Source: the human T2T-CHM13v2.0 reference genome, Homo sapiens
DNA length: 64,000 bases
Reading direction: 5' to 3' (one strand)
Assembly (NCBI RefSeq): GCF_009914755.1
Contig: NC_060926.1
The first letter of the stretch is position 1, and every line of letters begins with the position of its first letter. The notes under the pieces are model-generated. The model was not told the DNA's origin. It saw nothing but the letters and a program-made list of their open reading frames with translations, and ran no database searches. This document shows, piece by piece, positions 60,470-64,000 of this stretch. The translations under genes were made by a program, and so were the position numbers.

Positions 60470-63010
60470 AAAATAGATGCTGTATTTGAAGGTGTTTTAT
60501 AGATCTGGGAAGGCAGGAATTATAATGTCTGGACCAAGGTCAGAGATATGGGAGTCTTCAGTGTGGAGATGCAAATGGAAGCCATGGGAGTCAACAGAGA
60601 AGCAAGAAGAGCAAGTCATGGGAACACCAATGGTCCAGTGGTGGGCAGAGAATGAGGTGCTGGAAATGAAGGCCAAGAAGAAAGGACTGAGAAATGGGAG
60701 AGCGGTCAAAAACTGAAGAAAGATGATTTGAGAAAGTAATCATTGTGTCAAGTAGATTTCTTAAGAAGTCAAGGTGTAGTCTTCTTGCTTCCTATGTCTC
60801 CCCAAAAGCAGAGTGAGGATCAGGCAGAGGAGAGAAAATGACCATTCAAGGAGGGAAGATGTATGATTTGGAAAATCAATGTTTATTTTTTGACATTTGC
60901 TGTGAGTCTGGAGCGAACCAAGGGGCTTATTCATTCCTCCCTGTTGATGAGCTTTGTGATACTAGGCATCTTGTACAACTTCTCTGTGCTATCAGCCAAT
61001 ATTCAACCAAGTCCTTAGTGGCTTCAGTTCAGCAGGTGTGGACTGTGGATCTAGTTAGTCTTGGGCAACTGACTCCAGAAGGGAATATGAGCCTGATGTA
61101 GGGGTGGCACACACCACAGTTAACTAGAGATAGGATCTCTTTTTCTCAAAGCCTGGCCTGCCTTGGAACCAGATGAGGATCTAGAAGTTCTTTTTAAAAG
61201 AACCACACCTGCCACCCAAAAATCTTTCAGTCCAATGACACCCAACACAAATGCACTTCAACAGCAAACATTTGTAGAAAATTATATGTGTGTACATTAC
61301 TGGGCTGAGCCCTGAGTGAATGAGGAGGATAAGGACTCAAAGACAACTAAGGCACTGAGACATGGAACCCTGCTCTCCACCTTGTAGAGATGACAAAGTC
61401 TTACATAGTAACCACCAGCCAGACTGTGCTAAGTGTCACAACAGAAATATAAACAAAACACAATAAGAACCCAGGTGGAAGTCATTAATCCTGCACCTAG
61501 GTGATCAGGAAAGTTTTACAGAGAAGGCGTCATCTGAATTGGGTCCTGACCGCTAAGAAGGATTTGATATTCTGAGGAGGGGAAAATGTATTCCAAGCTC
61601 TGTGAACAGCACGAGCAAAGTTTTGGCACCAGGAAAATGGCATTTCGTTCAGAGATGAAATTGATGGTTTGGGCCTCCAGTCTGTATACCATGCAGAGTC
61701 AAGAAATGTTTTTGAGAAAGGGAGCAGTACAATTGGTTCTTCTCTTTAGATAGAGCTTTCTAGCCAGGACATGGAGGAACTGGGGGAGGAGATTTCTTGG
61801 AAAACTATTATCCAAGTCCAGAAGAGAAATCCCCAGGGTCCTAAAGAGTAAGGAAGCATTGAGATTGAAAAGATCCAAAGATGACTTTGAGGTTTTTCAG
61901 AATGTGCCAATAAAGGACACAGAAAGCACAGGATTGGGAGAGTAACATGAAGATAAAATTATTTTTAGACAAGTTGAGTATGTCACAGCTGGTGTAAGGG
62001 TCTGGAGCCTAGAAGAAAAGACTCACCAAGGAAGAGTCAGGAATCCATGTTGATTGGTGCAGCATGACTCGTCCTGGGCTTAGGCTCCAAAGGCAGTGCC
62101 TAGGGTCAATGTTAAGCAGAGTCAAAGTGATCCCTGGAAGTCTCTTCAAGAGGGGCCATATTTGAAACAGAGAACCTGTTCCACCATAAGTTCAGTAGGG
62201 CCTATGATTCCTGCAGAGATAGAGGGGCCACCTGAGCACCAAAAGAAGTAGTAGTCTTGTGTTTGGGGCCTGTTGTAAGAATAACACTAGAAGTCCATTT
62301 CCCATTACCTGTTCACTGGGTAGGATGGTGGCCAGAACCACTTGCATCATCTAAATTGTGTTTCTCTCTCTGAGTATCTCTCTGTCTGTCTCTGTCTCTT
62401 TATCTCTCTGCCTCTCTTTCACACACACAAACATACACACACACATATACACTAATTAACCTGTTAAACATGCAGTCAATACTGCATAGAGTTGGGCACC
62501 ATGGGTCTATCTGTGCAGTCACCCTTGCTTCAGGTGCTGGGTGTGAAATACCCACAGAAAGAGAAGGAATTAAGAAGTGCACAATGCTAAGAGCAGTGCC
62601 CTGGGATGCTCCAAGAGCTGACTGGAGGAATTCGGTCAAAGGAGAAGAAGCCAACAAAGAATCAAAGAATGAGAAAGGGGAAGTATTAAGAGTCATGTAA
62701 GTTGAAGAATGACAAGGAAAGGGAGAACATCAATAAAGGAAAAACTTCAACAATGCCCAATTCTCTAAGTGGAGAGAGGCCTGAGGAAAGGCCTCTGATG
62801 AATTTGAGACTGGAATGTTATCAAATATGTTAAAATATGAAGCCTTCATCAATGATAAAAATGGGAGCCCAGTTATAAAGGTAAGGATTTGGGGATAAGA
62901 AAATGAAGTCATTGAGGTTCACACTGTCAAAAGTGTTGTCATGGAGAGGAGGAGGAAAAATGAGGGACAGTCTTAGGCAGAAACAGAGATAAGGAAATAC
63001 TTTTAAGGGC
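60470..63010 (-). mobile_element. Several degraded L2 fragments (~60470-60770, ~61265-62010, ~62530-63010)
   Basis: L2-type blocks 'agagatatgggagtcttcagtgtggagatg..gaagccatgggagt', 'gatcaggaaagttttacagagaagg', 'gatgactttgaggtttt'. Confidence 0.5.
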
Positions 63011-63054
63011 ACAGACTTGTTTATAGAGTAAGAAAAGTTATTCAGTAATTCTAA

Positions 63055-63240
63055 TTATAGTTAACATTTACTGAGCATTTATTGTGTGCACTATGTAGTT
63101 AAGATTAGTTAACCTTTAAGATAAATACTATTATCATTCAAAAGAAACTGAGGCTTAGAGAGATCAAGTAAATATCCCCAAATCCCACTGCTGTTAAGCG
63201 GCAGAGATATTATTGGAAAATAATCAATCTGACTACAGGG
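63055..63240 (-). mobile_element. MIR
   Basis: 'taacatttactgagcatttattgtgtgc..gaaactgaggcttagagagatcaagtaa'. Confidence 0.7.
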
Positions 63241-64000
63241 CCCCACTCTCCTGTGTAGAGGAAGATTCCAGATGTCACATGTCAGAGAAGAGAGAGAGCA
63301 TTGGTCTTGGTTCAGAGCCTTCCTATAGCCTGCCCCCCTTTTATTCCCCAGGAGTTCACACATTGCACCTACATAAAATATTATGTAGATGAACTCTGCA
63401 TAGTGAATGACTCATAAATCAACATCCCCATACCCTTCTGCCCAGCCACCACTGGATTTCAGAGACTCTTCTAGGATATCCAAGCTATTATACCCTGACT
63501 TCTTCCAATTACACTAAATACTAGAAACTGCATGTGCAAGACAACTCCCAGGCATCTGAACACATAGCAGGTAGAAGGCCAAGAAGCAGAATGAGGAGGA
63601 GGAGAAAGCATCTCCCCTCAAGTATGCCTGAGATGAGCTAAGGGTCTGGAGGGCACAGGGGAGGCAGTTAGAGATGACTACCAAAGAACTTCCCTGTCTA
63701 CAGCAGGGTGGAAAATTGCCTGTCAGAATAGGAAAATCATTTGATAAAGAGCCTGTGCCAAATCATGTGGAAGAAGTCAGAGCCCTATAGGTTTGTGATT
63801 GCATTCCAAACAACACATTTTTATTGGGCAGTGCTATACATCTAGCGTGGTGCTAGGCAATTGGACCACATAGTTCTGTTGGAGAGATAATGCTAATATG
63901 TGATCAATAGAAGACAACAGCATGGAACAGGGGTTGCATTCCAGAGGAGAGGGATTCTTTAAGGATTGAAATGGTCATGGTTATGTTCAAGGTGAGAATG

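Overview
Primate (very probably human) non-coding DNA, intergenic or deep intronic. I find no credible protein-coding exon, RNA gene, CRISPR array or prokaryotic feature. The supplied ORFs are explained by Alu, MaLR-internal, microsatellite or chance open frames. Roughly half the window is interspersed repeat: about 11 Alus, most with readable target-site duplications (TSDs); L1 fragments, including a 5'-inverted copy, a copy with an apparent 3' transduction and a near full-length ancient L1ME; MaLR/ERVL/ERV1/ERVK LTRs, including a two-LTR THE1D element and a three-level LTR nest; MER20/MER3/MER5/Tigger DNA transposons; MIR/L2; and simple repeats. The most unusual structure is at about 17.8-23.2 kb: three interleaved short direct duplications (about 115-250 bp, about 85-91% identical), mostly of sequence I cannot assign to a repeat family. 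Two copies end at or close to 26-bp-arm fold-back palindromes, which suggests a fossil template-switch rearrangement. A second unexplained structure is a 1.8-kb AT-rich segment (10.0-11.8 kb) bounded by modular ~15-bp-unit inverted repeats. Family names come from recalled consensus similarity, not from a database search, and subfamily calls and the edges of old repeats are approximate.
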